Below are positions 62,861 through 64,000 of a stretch of 64,000 nucleotides of DNA, one piece after another; positions within the stretch are counted from its first letter, which is position 1, and each line of letters starts with the position of its first letter. The notes beneath the pieces were generated by a model. It did no database searches, had not been told where the DNA came from, and saw only the letters and a list, made by a program, of their open reading frames with translations. Source of the DNA: Octopus bimaculoides (lineage: Eukaryota); assembly GCF_001194135.2 (NCBI RefSeq), contig NC_068981.1:59868172-59932171 (forward strand). Direction: 5' to 3'. The translations under genes and the position numbers were made by a program.

Positions 62861-64000
62861 GAAATTCCGGCGCGTGGAGATCCAGAGGCGGAGGTGAACT
62901 TCACTTCTTACCTTTCGGCCATGGATATGGAGTTCTGAGAAATGCCGATAACAGCTGAAGATATACGTGATGCGTTGGCTAGTTGCACGAGGTAGAGGCC
63001 GCAGGGATTGGATGGTCTGCCCTTCGAGCTTTATATACATATGCCAAGCTTGTTTGGTGAGATTTTGGGAGATGTCTACCGCAACTGGCAGTAGAATGGG
63101 AGAATACCCGGATCTGAGAAAGGATCCTAACAACGGGGACATTGTCGATAACTTTAGGCCGGTAATTCTGCTAAATACTGATAACAAAATTTTGGTCAAT
63201 GTGTTAGCAAAGAGGTTGGCGCTTGTCGTTGACTGACTGGTGGATGATGCGCAGACTTGCGCTATCTCCAGCAGAACTTGACACGACAGCCTTCACCTAA
63301 CGCGATACATCATATCGAAGGTTAGTAAAGCACCTGGCATGGGTAGGGACCTGATCCTTTTGGATCAATCGAAAGATTTTGATAAGGTCGACCATCTGTA
63401 CTTGGAGGCTGTCCTCAAGGCGGCTGGTTTCAGTCCTGTTTTCAGAGGCTGGCTCACTGCAATGTACATCGACACCTGTTCGGTGGTCAAAGTAAATGGC
63501 CACCTCTCAGAATCGTTTTAGTATCGTACGTTCGGTGCGTCAAGGAGGCCCGCTCTTACCCCCTCTCTACGTTATGGCTCTCTGGCCACTACTGCGGAAG
63601 CAGGAGGTTTCTAGGGGTATCCGCCTGGACTGGGATGCGGAATGTTTGTGTCAGCGTATGCGGACGACGTCAGCTTGATAGTGTCAGGCTATCGGAAATC
63701 GAGATGGTCGGCACTATCCTAAGGGAATACGAAGCGGTGATAGGAGAAGTCAGTGGGCCAGTAGCTTGGCACCTGATGAGGCAGGCCCATGGCAACTGAC
63801 AGCATGGTGAAGCGCTAGACGGAAGGACCTGTTGTTCGTCTCCTTGACGGAGATATAGTCCTGGATCAGGCGTAGACCGACGCAGGACGCTTGGCGCCTA
63901 GAATGTCTCCAAGCGCTCACAGACCTCGGCCAGTCGGTCAGTGGAAGTTCCACGTTGGAGTTCTATAGGGAAATAGGTGAGAGAAAGAGCGATGACGTAC
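62861..64000 (+). mobile_element. Tx1-clade LINE RT fragment
   Basis: GLDGLPFELY, NFRPVILLNTDNKIL, LDQSKDFDKVDH, VRQGGPL..LY and SAYADDV. Confidence 0.92.

Overview
AT-rich eukaryotic scaffold with ten N gaps and many microsatellites. The SINE families and repeat style suggest an octopus (cephalopod) genome; this is an inference from recalled repeat sequences, not a database check. Nearly every recognisable coding-like segment is a decayed transposon. These include an internally deleted Gypsy LTR element with intact PBS and PPT, a solo LTR, three R4/Dong LINEs in or near (TAA)n tracts, two CR1-group LINEs, three Tx1 LINEs and four Penelope-like elements (PLEs), three of them with inverted termini. 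There are also four Helitron-type elements, Merlin, hAT and Tc1/mariner remnants, MITEs, and two tRNA-derived SINE families. The most notable structure lies at 21.3-23.4 kb: a PLE terminal repeat joining a tRNA-like Pol III head, an (AAT)n tract and two tandem minimal hammerhead ribozymes 233 nt apart, resembling a retrozyme. Two interstitial TTAGGG/TTTTAGGG arrays follow the same flank in opposite polarity. No host gene, RNA gene or CRISPR array could be confirmed; only weak candidate exons were found. Most long ORFs in the supplied track are microsatellite or N-gap artefacts. Element boundaries are approximate unless a terminal motif is cited.
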